Assembly (NCBI GenBank): GCA_040954595.2
Contig: CM082582.2
Coordinates: 6,760,063 to 6,824,062 of the forward strand
Source of the DNA: Balanoglossus misakiensis
Taxonomy: Eukaryota > Animalia > Hemichordata
Direction: 5' to 3'
DNA: 64,000 nucleotides
The notes beneath the pieces were generated by a model. That model saw only the letters and a program-made list of their open reading frames with translations, ran no database searches and was not told where the DNA came from. Positions within the stretch are counted from its first letter, which is position 1; each line of letters begins with the position of its first letter. Made by a program: the position numbers and the translations under genes. This document shows positions 1 through 12,470 of this stretch, piece by piece.

Positions 1-92
1 AAGACCCAGTCAAATGGCATTCAATATGTATACCTCCCCAAATTAAATGGATGCACTCAAATCGAAATAAACGTATATTATTATCAACTTAC

Positions 93-206
93 AGGGTCAC
101 TATTGTAGAGTGGATCACAGAATTTTTCCAAAGTGTAGAGGTATTTCACATTGTCCTTAGCTTCGTTGGCCGCATCTGTAATTCTCCTGTCCAAATCCAT
201 CCAAAT
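93..206 (-). CDS. DNAH5: Axonemal dynein heavy chain (DNAH5/8-type), coding exon; gene continues beyond the left edge of the window
   Basis: Minus strand reads [38 protein letters not shown], flanked by tctacag acceptor and gtaagt donor; 114 nt, phase 0/0. The EAKDNVKYL motif is typical of the dynein heavy chain N-terminal region 1 (DHC_N1). Confidence 0.93.
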
Positions 207-376
207 CTGTAGAAAACAGAAACAAATTAGGTCTTTGTTTTGTTTAATGACATATTATGAAACTGAACACATGACAGCATATGATATATACAGAGAGTTC
301 ATCTTGCTAATTCAAATATGTGTGGACTGACTCTGCTTCGCTTTGTCTGTCTGTCTGTCACTCCCCTCAATCTCAC

Positions 377-553
377 CTTGATAGTTTTCGACTTGGCTGC
401 TTGCAAGACATTCAACACAGCTTTGACCTCTGACCCTTTAATCTGATCCAAAAGATAGTTGAACTTGGCCATCCTTTTCTTCCAGTGTTCCAACTCGGCT
501 CTAGGTCCAATGTTGTCTGCTTCCTTGCGCATCTGTTCACTCTCTGCCAGTAC
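377..553 (-). CDS. DNAH5: Axonemal dynein heavy chain (DNAH5/8-type), coding exon
   Basis: [59 protein letters not shown]; ag acceptor and gtgag donor; 177 nt, phase 0/0. GP..ELEHWK matches DNAH5/8 as I recall it. Confidence 0.95.
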
Positions 554-1469
554 CTATATTTTCCCACATTAGCGAAAAATACATTAGTTTTTCCAATATT
601 GCTTTTGTTTCCTCAAATATTTCAATCTATAGTGAATAATTAAGATCATCATCAGATGTTATTTCACTTTAGTTTGTTGACAATGTCAGACTCTTGTTGG
701 AAGTCGGAAGCTGTCTATCCCATGCAATGAAATCTGCAATCTACTAGAATGTATGGATGTGATATAGTCATGCAGCTCATGATGATAATGAGGGTAATGG
801 CACCATCAGTCACAATGATGCAACTTGTGTTGGTGGTAATGGCGACACCAGTTCTGCACCTACATGAATGTGAATGAAGCGTCTGATGATCAATGATTCA
901 ACAAACTGATCATGAAGGATGATGAACACAGTGATTTTTAAAACATCACAAAACATAGAAACAATCTCAATTTGACTGCCCTCAGCCAGAGAAATCTGCC
1001 TTCTATGTAATGACTGTCCTGCTGCATGCGGTGCAGGGTAAGTGGGAAACACGGTGCAAATTTGAACACGGAATTTTGAAGCTAGCATGTCAGATTTATT
1101 GTGCTGTGTTCTCAAATACAAAGTGGTATTATTAAGCTCAATTAAAGCCCCAAGCACCTCTATTACCTTTCACACACAAAAAAAATTTTGCTATTTTTAT
1201 CATAATTACTTCCTTAACATTAGCCTTTCACACACACTACAAGCTGAGCTAATGTTGGCATGAAATCTGTGTGTTTTTCAAAAGTTGAAACATTTCTGCC
1301 TATTAATTTCAAAGCTCAGTGCTATTTTTCAACATAACATTATTTTATAGAAACCTTTTATATTAATACTTGATATAAATGTGCTGTGACATAAACTTCG
1401 ACAGGACAGCTGGGCATACAGGCAGATGTATCTGACTGTGGGCAGCGACCTCCACACGACCTCTCTCAC

Positions 1470-1826
1470 CTGTTCGATCTGCTTGATCCAGACAGCGATG
1501 CAGCCCTCGATGGCCTCCAGCGACTCCGTGCTGTTGGCCGCGACTATGTAATCGTTGGGTTTCTTGAGCCGCGCCAGATTGTACGTCTGGCAGGGCTTAA
1601 GCTCGACTTTGTCGCCCAACGATTCCTGAGCCGCGACAAGGACACTGACGAAGGCGTCCAGAGTGTTGAGGAAATCGCTGCGGATGTGGGCGCCTTCGAC
1701 GTCGCCGATCTTCCCCCAGGAGCCGGAATTTTTCCTCAGCGCGGGCAGGAAGATGTTGGTCAGCAGGCCCTCGATGGAGTGCAACAGACTATTTCCCGTT
1801 GTATCTAGTACTGTATAGATGACGTC
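1470..1826 (-). CDS. DNAH5: Axonemal dynein heavy chain (DNAH5/8-type), coding exon
   Basis: DVIYTVLDTTGNSLLHSIEGLLTNIFLPAL...VWIKQIEQ; gtag acceptor and gtgag donor; 357 nt, phase 0/0; joins VLAESEQ in frame. Confidence 0.93.
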
Positions 1827-2210
1827 CTACATGAACAAAAAAAAATCATATCAAGAATGATTGCATTACATGTTGTGTTCGACAGTGTGTTTTTCTTTTC
1901 TTATATCACATAAAAGTAAAATAAATGTAATTTTATAATCAAATATTTTGTAAATCACAGTGTGCATAAAATGTGGCTGATTTTTCTGTGATATATTTAT
2001 CGTGAACGACACTGAAATGTTTGATTTCAGAAATTTCACCAGTCAAACGTACAGGTATTGAACACAGCATACTCCCATGTACATGTACATGTATCATATT
2101 CAGAGTGAGTTTCTTTCTTTTGGGGGAGGAGAGGGAGGGGGGAGTGGGGAGGAGAAGACCATGACAGGATATCACTGAATAAAAAATTGATCCACATTCT
2201 GTTTACTTAC

Positions 2211-2368
2211 TTTTGTAATATTTTCATTCGTTATTGCTTTGCTGGAGTCCGACTTGGAGAAAAACAGACAGGTTCCATGGAGGGAACTGTCTGTCCCATC
2301 TGTCACGTACAACTTAGGTTTGTTCGATTTCTTCATGGTGGATGAGGGCCCTAGTCGAAGTTGATCAG
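2211..2368 (-). CDS. DNAH5: Axonemal dynein heavy chain (DNAH5/8-type), coding exon
   Basis: (A)DQLRLGPSSTMKKSNKPKLYVTDGTDSSLHGTCLFFSKSDSSKAITNENITK; acag acceptor and gtaagt donor; 158 nt, phase 1/0. Resembles the DNAH5 KPKVFVTEG segment. Confidence 0.9.
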
Positions 2369-2599
2369 CTGTTTTCAAGAACCAAGAGAGAATAGTGTCA
2401 TATTCAGTCAGCGTGTGTGATTTTTTTAATGGTTGTTACAATGTATGACAAAATCTGACAACCCTTCATTGCCGTTTTTTGATATCAAAACACAGTCATG
2501 ACGACAGGGCTGCACTAATATGTAGTAGAATTCTGCTATCACAATGACAAGCGCTATGATCTTCACAAGTCGTTGTGTATTCAAGCTGTACAATGTTTT

Positions 2600-2645
2600 G
2601 TACATACATGTGTACATGTACGTGTATGTATACATGTACATGTAC
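2600..2645. repeat. (TACATG)n-like simple repeat
   Basis: gtacatacatgtgtacatgtacgtgtatgtatacatgtacatgtac; purer arrays at about 11962-11988 and 48676-48700. Confidence 0.8.
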
Positions 2646-3089
2646 CGGTAGGCATTATAATGAATTTGGCCACTAAACACCCCCCCCCCTCCCAATCGTC
2701 GTCGAAAACATATGCAACTGAGCCACTGATTGGCTGTAACCAAGCACACATCAATGGACAATGAAGACACTAGACTACATCCCAAAATATTCTCATAAGA
2801 TATGGACCAGAGTCAGAGTATTACATGTTACTCACACTGAACCAAACAGAATGTGAAGTGCAGTCTTAGTTATCATTAGTACCGATGAAATATCAACCAA
2901 ATGTTATTGCGCAGGAACAAACCTGGACACAGAAGCTCACAACACAAACTGTAGTTATCATTTTTTAGTGTCAATCACACACAAACGTGAGATCCCAATG
3001 ACAGAGTAACACTATTAGATGTGTATAAGCAAATTGGTACACTCTAGGACAGTTGTACAGTTACGAGTGTCACACACACAATAGCCTAC

Positions 3090-3140
3090 ATTTTGTTTCT
3101 CCATCTTTTTGTGCGGCTGACCCTTGTCTGACCTGTTCTG
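3090..3140 (-). CDS. Candidate 51-nt in-frame cassette exon of the dynein gene
   Basis: Pyrimidine tract plus tactaacag acceptor, gtaggc donor; phase 1/1 matches the host intron; reads (A)EQVRQGSAAQKDGETK with no stop. Confidence 0.5.
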
Positions 3141-3807
3141 CTGTTAGTAGGGGATGGAAAAACAAAGGCAAAATCTGGTTTTTAGTTGGTGTTTACACCA
3201 GGATAAAACTCTATGATGAATTACATGTATAGGACGATCACGTTTTGAGAAATGCGTATTTACTGTATACATGTAACTTAATTATAAGAAGTTGAGAATC
3301 ATGGAATTTATTTGTTTCTTAAAGAAACAAGCGGGTTCCATTCAACTTTCCTGGTGCGGTTTTATTTCTGATTAAATTTTAAGTACTTTTCACTACGATC
3401 TAAACCAATTTCACGGAAAAAAACATGGCTGACATTTACAAATCCCAGCCTTAATTAAATTTGTCTGGGTGCATGTCAGTTGTTGATACTCTGTATCATG
3501 GCAGGCCAATGTGGGAAGTGCGACTATCGTGTTCTCCTTCAAGTACGTGGACATGAATTTGGATGCGAGTTTGATGAACAGTGAAAATGACCATGCAGAT
3601 GAGTTGGATGGAAACTCAAACACCATGCTGTTGTGTTAGACATTTTGATGTAAAAACAAAATATCATGTGCATGTGCACTTCCAAAAAGAAAATCTAAAA
3701 CACCAGCATAAAGTATGTAAAAGACACTCTGATTGGAAAATGCACAACCAAGCTCTATCCAACTTCCTCGATAACTAATCCAATAGAATCGGCTGTAACA
3801 ACGTTAC

Positions 3808-4030
3808 CTGGTTCGGGGCCTGGGTCGATGTCTTGGTAGAAGAACATCAGTGTGGTCGGTCCGTCGGCATTGAAAAATCGATCCATTTCTTCGATCTGTG
3901 TGCCATCCAAGATGGCATCCTCTGTTTCTGACTTCTCCAAACCGAGGTTGGTTGCCACGGTTTCCAGGACATATTCATGTCTGGCGTCCAACTGTGCTCT
4001 TTTGGCATCCCTTTCTTCTTTGAGTTTTTG
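3808..4030 (-). CDS. DNAH5: Axonemal dynein heavy chain (DNAH5/8-type), coding exon 2
   Basis: [53 protein letters not shown]...LMFFYQD, recognisably similar to the vertebrate DNAH5 N-terminus (AKRALLDARH...EDAILEG.QIE...LMFYYQD); tttttag acceptor and gtaacg donor; 223 nt, phase 0/1. Confidence 0.93.
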
Positions 4031-5364
4031 CTAAAAATGAGAAAAAAATGAATTTTATTATAAAATGCATGCCATATACACAGGGTTTCTGGATTTCGAG
4101 TCATCAGTATTGCGAGATATTCAACAGTGTGCAATCTTAATAAAAATAATTCAAACATTAAATGGACATGTATATTTTAAACACAAAATAAAAGAATAGC
4201 GAGCATTTCTTTTCCAATCCAACACACACTGATTTTTTTATTTTCAATCAAACACCACTTATGCGTGCATTAACATAGCTGCAATAACCATTTGAGATTT
4301 CATTTAAGTCATGTTAGTTTAGCTTTGCAGGCTCCCGATGGAGAAATAATTGAATACCACACTCTGCGGTTACTGGAACGATTGCCATTATGACATTTTA
4401 ACAAATTTCCTGCCATTTATTCAAATTGTGAATAAATGGGGGAAATCTGGTGGTGGAAATGATAAGCTATATTTCTCTGGTTGCACACACTGCAATGAAA
4501 GCACAAATCTATGCTAGACTTTCTCTGTAGCAAAACTGTTTTGATAACAATATTTTTTTTTCAAACATGAAAATTATGGGAATTTTAAAAAAATGTGTTC
4601 ATGGGTTTTAAAATCAATCCAAACACAACTAATCCCTGTTCTTGAAAAACTCTTGAAGAAGATAAATATTAAATGATTTAGGGCATTAGACTCTCATCAC
4701 ATCATATGCCTGAACAACATAAAATGTTCATACTGCTTTTAAAGCAAGCACATATCACTTCAAATTCCTGTGTTGATTCAATCAGCGATTCTATGACATC
4801 AACATTTCAATTTCACACAAATCTAATTTCTTGAGTTTATAACCACTGTGGTCAAGTGGTTGTTCTGGTTGCTATGGCACCGAGTGTAATCAAACATGGT
4901 TGCCATGCAAACAGGATGTCCATGCACCTGAGAAGTTGACTTTGCAATTAGATATACTTCTATAAGTATATATCTCCAATCTACAGCACTCTTACCAATA
5001 TAGTTATTTTGCATATTTCTCAATCTGACATTTTCAAGCCACTCGCATCTGTCATACAGAATTACATTGTATGAAAAAAACTCTTTGCAGAGAAATAATG
5101 TCAAATACAGTATATGTATATTTGAACAGGACAGCTAAGTGCCTGAACACGTTATTGCAATCAATATCACACATCTACGGTAATACTGAGGTAACACAAG
5201 ACTTTGGTTGCTGGATGTCTCTTAATTCTTCATACAAACATGTACATGTATACCTCAGTGCACATTTTGAATGAGAAACACGAAAATCATGTCATACTAC
5301 CCAACAGATGCGCAACTCAACACCATGGCAACGACTTCTGCTGTGTGCACATGTCTACATGCGT

Positions 5365-5595
5365 CCCATAGATTTTCATATCAGTGATCGCCACTCAGAA
5401 TAGAAATACTGGTACATGTATGTCAACACACAAAACTACCTGCAATTGGACATTACTTTGCTAAGCTCAAAGACACTAAATTATAACCAATAGATTTTCA
5501 TATCCGTGATCGTCACCCCAAAAAGAAATATGCCACACATGAAAATATCTCCAATTCGACATTACCTTGTTCATCTCAAGGACACTTAATAATAT
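5365..5595. repeat. Diverged tandem duplication, ~120 bp unit, 2 copies
   Basis: atagattttcatatc.gtgatcg ... gacattac ... ctcaa.gacact occurs twice in succession. Confidence 0.75.
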
Positions 5596-6224
5596 TAGGC
5601 TAATCGTGTGATCAGGCACCTTGCCATCACGTTTTGTCTCTTCACTCTCCATAATTCCTCAAGTATGACAAAAATAAGCTGCCACAGAATTCCTGTTTTC
5701 GCAGTCAAGATGAGACTTCAGTAGCTGGATAACACAACTGTCAGACACTATCTGCACGCCAATATACAACTGACTACATTGATTACATACTGACTGACTC
5801 AGTATTTATTTTACACTATCTCTCTCTTGTGATTGTGTGATTCGTACTAGATTACCAAACTGCACTGTATCTTCAATAACTGTCATGTTCATTTTGTACA
5901 TACATGATTGTATATATGGAGAAATTTGACCTCTTTTGAGCAACTTACATGTACATGTAATAAGCTCTTTTCACGTTGACACTCAAAATAACCATTCTTG
6001 AGAATCTGTGGTTTGATCCTCTGAATGTTTTGTGTTTCAAAAACCGACATCTTGAAAGATTTGAATACAGAAATTCATCTGCTAAAACAGATTTGAAAGA
6101 CTCCTTTGACAAAACAGCACATGGGTCACATTTTATACGTATATGCAGGCTCGTATATGGTGCTGTTGATGTTTATGTGGTCCTATGTATAAATATAGCA
6201 GTCTGTATAAATCACAATCAAATT

Positions 6225-6258
6225 AGAAACAGGATTTAGATTTCTAAATCCTGTTTCT
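6225..6258. repeat. Perfect 16-bp inverted repeat (hairpin)
   Basis: agaaacaggatttaga-tt-tctaaatcctgtttct. Confidence 0.85.
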
Positions 6259-7698
6259 TTACATAATTTGAACTCTGTGAACTGACAGGCTGATACTAAC
6301 TGTATGTTTTCTTGCCTATTTGTTTGCCATGGTGATTAGTTTGCTCCATACAGTGTCTTATAAAGTGAACTCGAGGATAACAGTTCTCCCAGAAGACCCA
6401 CAGGTGAGACTAAATACCGACAGTTTTATATGAACAGTGGGTGAATTTTTCAGCACCAAAAGGAACAGCTATACTTTCTTCAAGCAACACTGTAAGTGTC
6501 TTTGAATTTCAAGAATACAGCTATAGAGGTATGGGAGATTTGCATTGTATGTCTGGAGCTGCCCTCTATGCATGGAATTTGGGTGAGCTCCATATTGTGT
6601 GTGATGCATGTGTTAGTAAACTACCGTGGGTGGATAGGGATCGCTGGCTACCACTATACTTCAAATCAATGCTTTTTACAAGCCAATATTAGCTCCAGGT
6701 ATTAAGCTTTAATAGTACCAGTAGCTAGCAAGTTTTCACTACACAATAACATGTATGGTCTGGGTGTTATTTTTAGACGTATATGTCATCGTGTTTCCAA
6801 GGAAACAAACATGCCACAATACATGTATGATATCCAAACACTGACAATACCTCTTTTTTTTCTCAAATATCCATTTTGTATACATCAGTAGGGCCAGTAC
6901 ATGTCACACAAACATTGTAATAGATGTTTACATGCAGTCAGTTTTTTCATAGCAACTATGTCATGTCTCCTTGATATAGGCATACACTGTATATTAATTG
7001 AGATTTACCTTGACCTTCACAGACTATTAAAAGGGTGTCAAACCAGTGTTTCAGAAGGACCTACCAAACTAGACAGCGAATTACAAATCAAATTCACGAG
7101 TCTCATCATGAGAAAGTTTTCAAATTCAGTGAGTCCATGTAGATGAGATGATGACTGTGAGATGCTTGTGAATTGTAATTGTTAGGTTGCTATACACTTT
7201 CAGACAGTTATCATATTGTGTTTGGAATGTGTAATGTTTAATTCTAATACGTTACTAACATGTAGTAATTTCGTGATCCTATTGTTACTAAACTGAAAAT
7301 TGTCTGATCAAATATTCAATACTGAGTAATTGATCTGCAATTGTAGTAATGATATAACATTTTGCATTTAGTATTACATCTCTACCAAATTAGCAGATCC
7401 AATTTACAGTAATGAAACAGCCAATTCTTTTCAGTAGTTAATTCTATAAACAGCAGGCTGGTATTTTCGAAACCTAAATTTAAGTTCTGACATCACTGAG
7501 TCTACCCACACTTGTATGTCAATATTGCCATCACCAGTATTTGTACGGTGCTCAGCATTTGCTTGGTTGCAATAATAAACAGTTACATGTAGCCCGTGAC
7601 AGTATAAATGTTTAGTGACATTTTGCCAGAGAAAAATCCTCTATGCTGAACTGTCTAGTTTGCACGACCGACCGACTACCACAGAAATGGATGCTTAC

Positions 7699-7740
7699 TT
7701 TCTCGACCATCGAAGTCTTCATTTTCACCATCGAAGCCAT
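7699..7740 (-). CDS. Candidate alternative first coding exon of the dynein gene (MASMVKMKTSMVEK)
   Basis: ATG at 7740, 14 codons, then a gtaagc donor in phase 0, in frame with exon 3808-4030. AT-rich TATA-like run near 7804 and X-box at 7920-7933 lie upstream. Confidence 0.5.
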
Positions 7741-10700
7741 GTTTTCCGATACATGTAGCCCTGCCAGTGTTGACGGTGTGTAAACCTTTCCAATGACGGT
7801 GTGTATATAAATATGACCAGCACAAGCGCCCACAAAGCTGTCAGTTTTCAGAATCCGCGGGGAATTTTCGTATTATCCCTGTCGGTGATATCTTCAACAA
7901 GCCTCAATACACTCACAATGCTGCCATGGAAACCAGTGTCACACGGGAGTTCAACAGGGATGAAAATTAAGTAATTCCCTGACGAGTACAGTTTGTGAGT
8001 GTAGGTCAAACAGGAGTGTTTTATTATGTTGTGGGGATGAGAAGCATATGATTCTGAGGAAAGCTGGTATTTCTTAATTAAAGAGAAGCCCTCTCTACTA
8101 TATATATAGACCATTAGTTTGTTGAAATTTACCCAGGAATGAATTTCTTCCATTAAAATCAAACTGAAAAGGAAAGAAATTTGTCAGATCTACACTGCAC
8201 ATGTATGTGTACATAGCTGTAAAACTGTTGAGTGCCCACTCAAATCTATGCTGCCACCCCTTCACTGCTCAAATGGAACAGCACCCGATTTCCTCTTTCA
8301 TGAATAAGTTATGATAATATTGCAATTGCCATAAAATCACTATAATTATTTTATTTGAGTGAGTGCCTTCCGACTATTACCGTTTTGCCTTAAAATTATA
8401 CACCTGGCATGGTTTGCAGACCTTCACGTGTGTGTGTGGATTCAGTTTTTATTTTCACGGCGTGTTTGGCATCTTTCATGATCCTGTCAAGCGGTGGCTG
8501 CCATGTTGGCCGTTCTAACAATGGCACCCAGAGACTGTCATCATTCAAGCCTGAGACTACAGGACCATTTCACGGCAGTTTAATGCCAGTAAACAAAACC
8601 AACGTTCTCACCACGCATGTTCCGCTGAAACACATCCCTGACACGCCACCCCACTTACACAACACTTAAACCCTCTTCACCCTTCACTATTTGTCCCTGA
8701 CATTGTACCGTGGGGGCTGTTGCCATTGGCAACACACATAAACAAAAGGCCTCTTTCACGCACAGCACATGTTCATGTGCTGTGTGTGCTTTGTCATATA
8801 TAACGCGCCATGACAACCCACACACATCATGGCCGCCCAGCCCCCTAAATACACTCTAAGTGGCACGCTACAGAAATATTTTATATCAGCATGCCTTTGC
8901 TGCCCTGTCAATTAGAGAGATAACATCAGGTCATGTTCACAGGAATCAGGGTGTCCTCTGCAAACAGAGAGATTAATTTATACAGAAAAATTTATATTCA
9001 TTGTTTCCATTAGTTATTAAAGTGAGCAGACAGTATATATTAACAATATTTCTATTTCCCATTTTAATATTCCAAAACAGGCCTTCCTGGCAACAGGCTA
9101 CGGTAATTGTATAATCCACACCACTTAATTCTTATAGTGTACAAATCGACAATTCAATGAATCAAAATATGAGATGTTTATCACAATTATTCATTGGAGA
9201 CTGCCACTTCAAATGCCTTTTTTCTGTCCCAGAGCACATACATGTACATTGTACTACTACTAGTAGTACTACCTTAACCAGAAAGATCTTGCAATGAAAA
9301 TGTTACCAGTGGGTTATTGACAAAAGGAATGCAGCAACACAGGTACAATACAGGATTAAACAAGGGTTTACCATAGCTGACGTACATTTGTACTACAAAT
9401 AACAACATTGATCAAGGAAAGTTTGTTTTTCAGTGTTTGGTCTTAAAGAAAATGCAATTCCTTTGTTAAACCCTAGCAACTAAGAGACACACATCTTGTG
9501 CAAACATGGCCCTTTTCTCACACCAGTGTATTAAAATGTGACTGAATAGAATCTATAGACACATTTGTGCATGAGTTCTAGACCTGTTCTGTACCTACAT
9601 GCATATGTGTACTCGATACTTTTATGCAATTTATTTTCTGCAAAAGTTAAAGCACTAATATTCGATCATTTTCATTGCTGTTTATTATCTTAATGACATT
9701 ATTCAAAACATTTTACAAGGTATCATGGTCTGTTGGTCACTGGGAAAAAGAGACATTGCATATTGTCTATCAGTCCCATTATATTACGAACGGCCATAGC
9801 ACAAGTCAGGTGACCACCAGGGGGCGCCCTTGATGACTCGGGTCTGGTCTGTGCTCACTGACTCGCTATATTCACAAATCTCTTTTGTTGTCGACATTCC
9901 CCGACTTTGAGTCAACAAGATCATCCCTGTGGAATACCTTAGACTCCTAAAGGAAAAGGTGCATTTCACCTGACAGAGAATTTCAACAATGCCAGAGTTA
10001 AAACCATCGGGATAAAGGGTGTCTTGACAGATTACATACCTGGAGGTATATACATAGTTATCTGGACTGTGTTTTTCAAACAATAGCCCCAAGGCCATTC
10101 ATTATTGATTCGAAAGCAACAATAACAGAATTTTCGAGTTAATTCAAGATGCTGTTTCTTTTCTGTTTTCTCGCATTGCACATCAGATCAGCTGATCACA
10201 GTCCTAATCAATCAATTATGTCTACAGGTTTTTTGCCAGGGTTGGAGTTCGATCACCATCACAGACAATGCAATCTGTCATTGTGTGGATATGTTGCAAA
10301 GCAAACTGTTTAATCAGGTGAATTTGATACTTCAACATTAAAGATTAAAATTGCAACTGAGGAAATTAATCTAATGAGACCAGTACTGTACATATAGGGA
10401 AATTGGAAGCGATCAAATTACATTGTACATTTACATTAAACCTTAGTTTTGTTTCCATATCATGTTCTGGAACACACTAAACAAACTTGTCACTTAGAAA
10501 AAAACTTACTCATGAGTGACAGCAGCCGGTATTACTATTAATCAAGTATTAATATTTACAAGTTTAATAGTCATCACCTACAGTAAAATTGAAATACATT
10601 GTGTATTGAAGTGTATCAGAAAGTTCAAATACAGGTACATCCGAGTTAGTTTCCCAGGAATAGTGCTACTGTTACTGTTTTCCCCCATAATCTAGTCAAG

Positions 10701-12409
10701 CCAAAAATTTATATTAAAATTCTGCTGTTTCTGGGGTGGGCAGAGGTGATATACATTTGACCTTTGACACAAGCAATCTATGTATGCTGTGTTGATTTGT
10801 TCAGAAGGGTTCCAAGTCAAAAGTGATCAATTTCAAACTTAACATCATTTTATTGATATTCAAAACTCAGGCAATTCTAAGAATCTTTCAATGTTACATT
10901 TTAAATGTACACATCCTTCAAATAACTAAAATTGCTGAGTACTTAATTGAGTTGCATTAATTTAATGTTATCATGTCTTTAAACTGATTTTATTTGATGG
11001 ATGCTATTATCTGAATGGATATATATAAACTTAACCTGTATGTAATCAATACTGCATGGTGTTAAAATGCATTGTATACAGTCACTAACATGTACATGTA
11101 CATGTACCTGAGTTCTCCAGTGAAGTTAAAATTTATTTCAGGTTATGCAAGAGGCAAATGTAAAATTGTAATATCGTTCAAAGCAAAGCATATTACAAGG
11201 AAATCTCACGCATTTTATTTGTAAACATGTGTTGCCAGGAAGGCGAATTATCCAAGAACAAATATCATTCAGGTACTTTTTAATATACGTGTACTGGGTA
11301 CATGTACATACAGTGTACTTACTAACAATGTATAAGATTGCACAGGTGTCTCTTAAGTCACTGACATGACAAATTTGTCTAGTTCACGACCACACACTAC
11401 AGTGTCAATGACGTCACAAGTCTGTGCGGGCTACTAACAGTGTTGTTACTGCAAGCGAAGTCGTTTCCACACGAACTTTGTTTAGCACAGCGCAAGCACA
11501 ACACAACACAAGACAAACGGTGTTATGGATACAGAGGGTCGACGCTCCATATCACCACCAAGTCCATCATTGTCCATCCACTGTTTACGGGCACACCTCG
11601 CATTCAATGGTCAAATGACTTTTAACAGCGCACAGTAAAAAACGGTGGCCGTGATTCTGCAGTGGCAGCAACACTGAGAATCAACAGTGTGTGTTTTGTG
11701 TATTTGTACTTACAAACAATGTTCAATCGGCGGCCAACCATTTCCCAAGGATCTCAATTTCAATTACAAGCCAACGTTCTCAAATTCCTCCCATTCACAT
11801 ATACTCTTCAGAAGAGAAATTCAACTTTATTTTTACAACCTTTTTGCTAGCAAGTTTTCTGATTATATTCTTAAAAATTTCTTTGACAGGAAAACTTCAA
11901 CATTCTTAATCACAATAAAAATAAATCAGGCTAGCCCTTCTGATATAACACATAAATCACATACATGTACATGTACATGTACATGTACCCAAACTAAACC
12001 ATACATTGTAGGTATACACAGTGTACAAACTTAGAGGTACAATGTACTGGGCTGAATTCCAAGTGTTGTAAATCAGTACATAAGGATGCACAGCTGCACT
12101 TCTTCAGAAAGTTGGTGAACATAACTGTTAAAGTAGCATCTTAAAAGCCACTGGCAACCTTTATTTCTTTGAAAGAGGGTCCTCGCCAATTGAGCATTGG
12201 TTGATTCACTATCGTTCCACCCACGATCTTCCACAATCAAAACGAGCCCGTTATACACACCACACCACCCAACTAGGTACAAAAGCAATTGTCCTGATGG
12301 ACAAAAAATCTGAGCTCACCTTCGGCGGTGACCCTGAAAAAATCTGATAATGGCACTTAATCAGGCCCCGTTCATCACAGGAATGACTAACGTGGCATTT
12401 CCACCCGGG

Positions 12410-12470
12410 CGCGCTGCCATGGTTTCCATCTTTGTTTACGGTATTGTTTACACGTTGCTAGGCATTTTGT
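12410..12470. promoter_or_regulatory. Composite forkhead plus X-box module
   Basis: Two TGTTTAC forkhead cores (about 12433 and 12445) between the X-box-like motifs GCTGCCATGGTTTC and GTTGCTAGGCA, in a locally CpG-rich patch. Confidence 0.45.
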
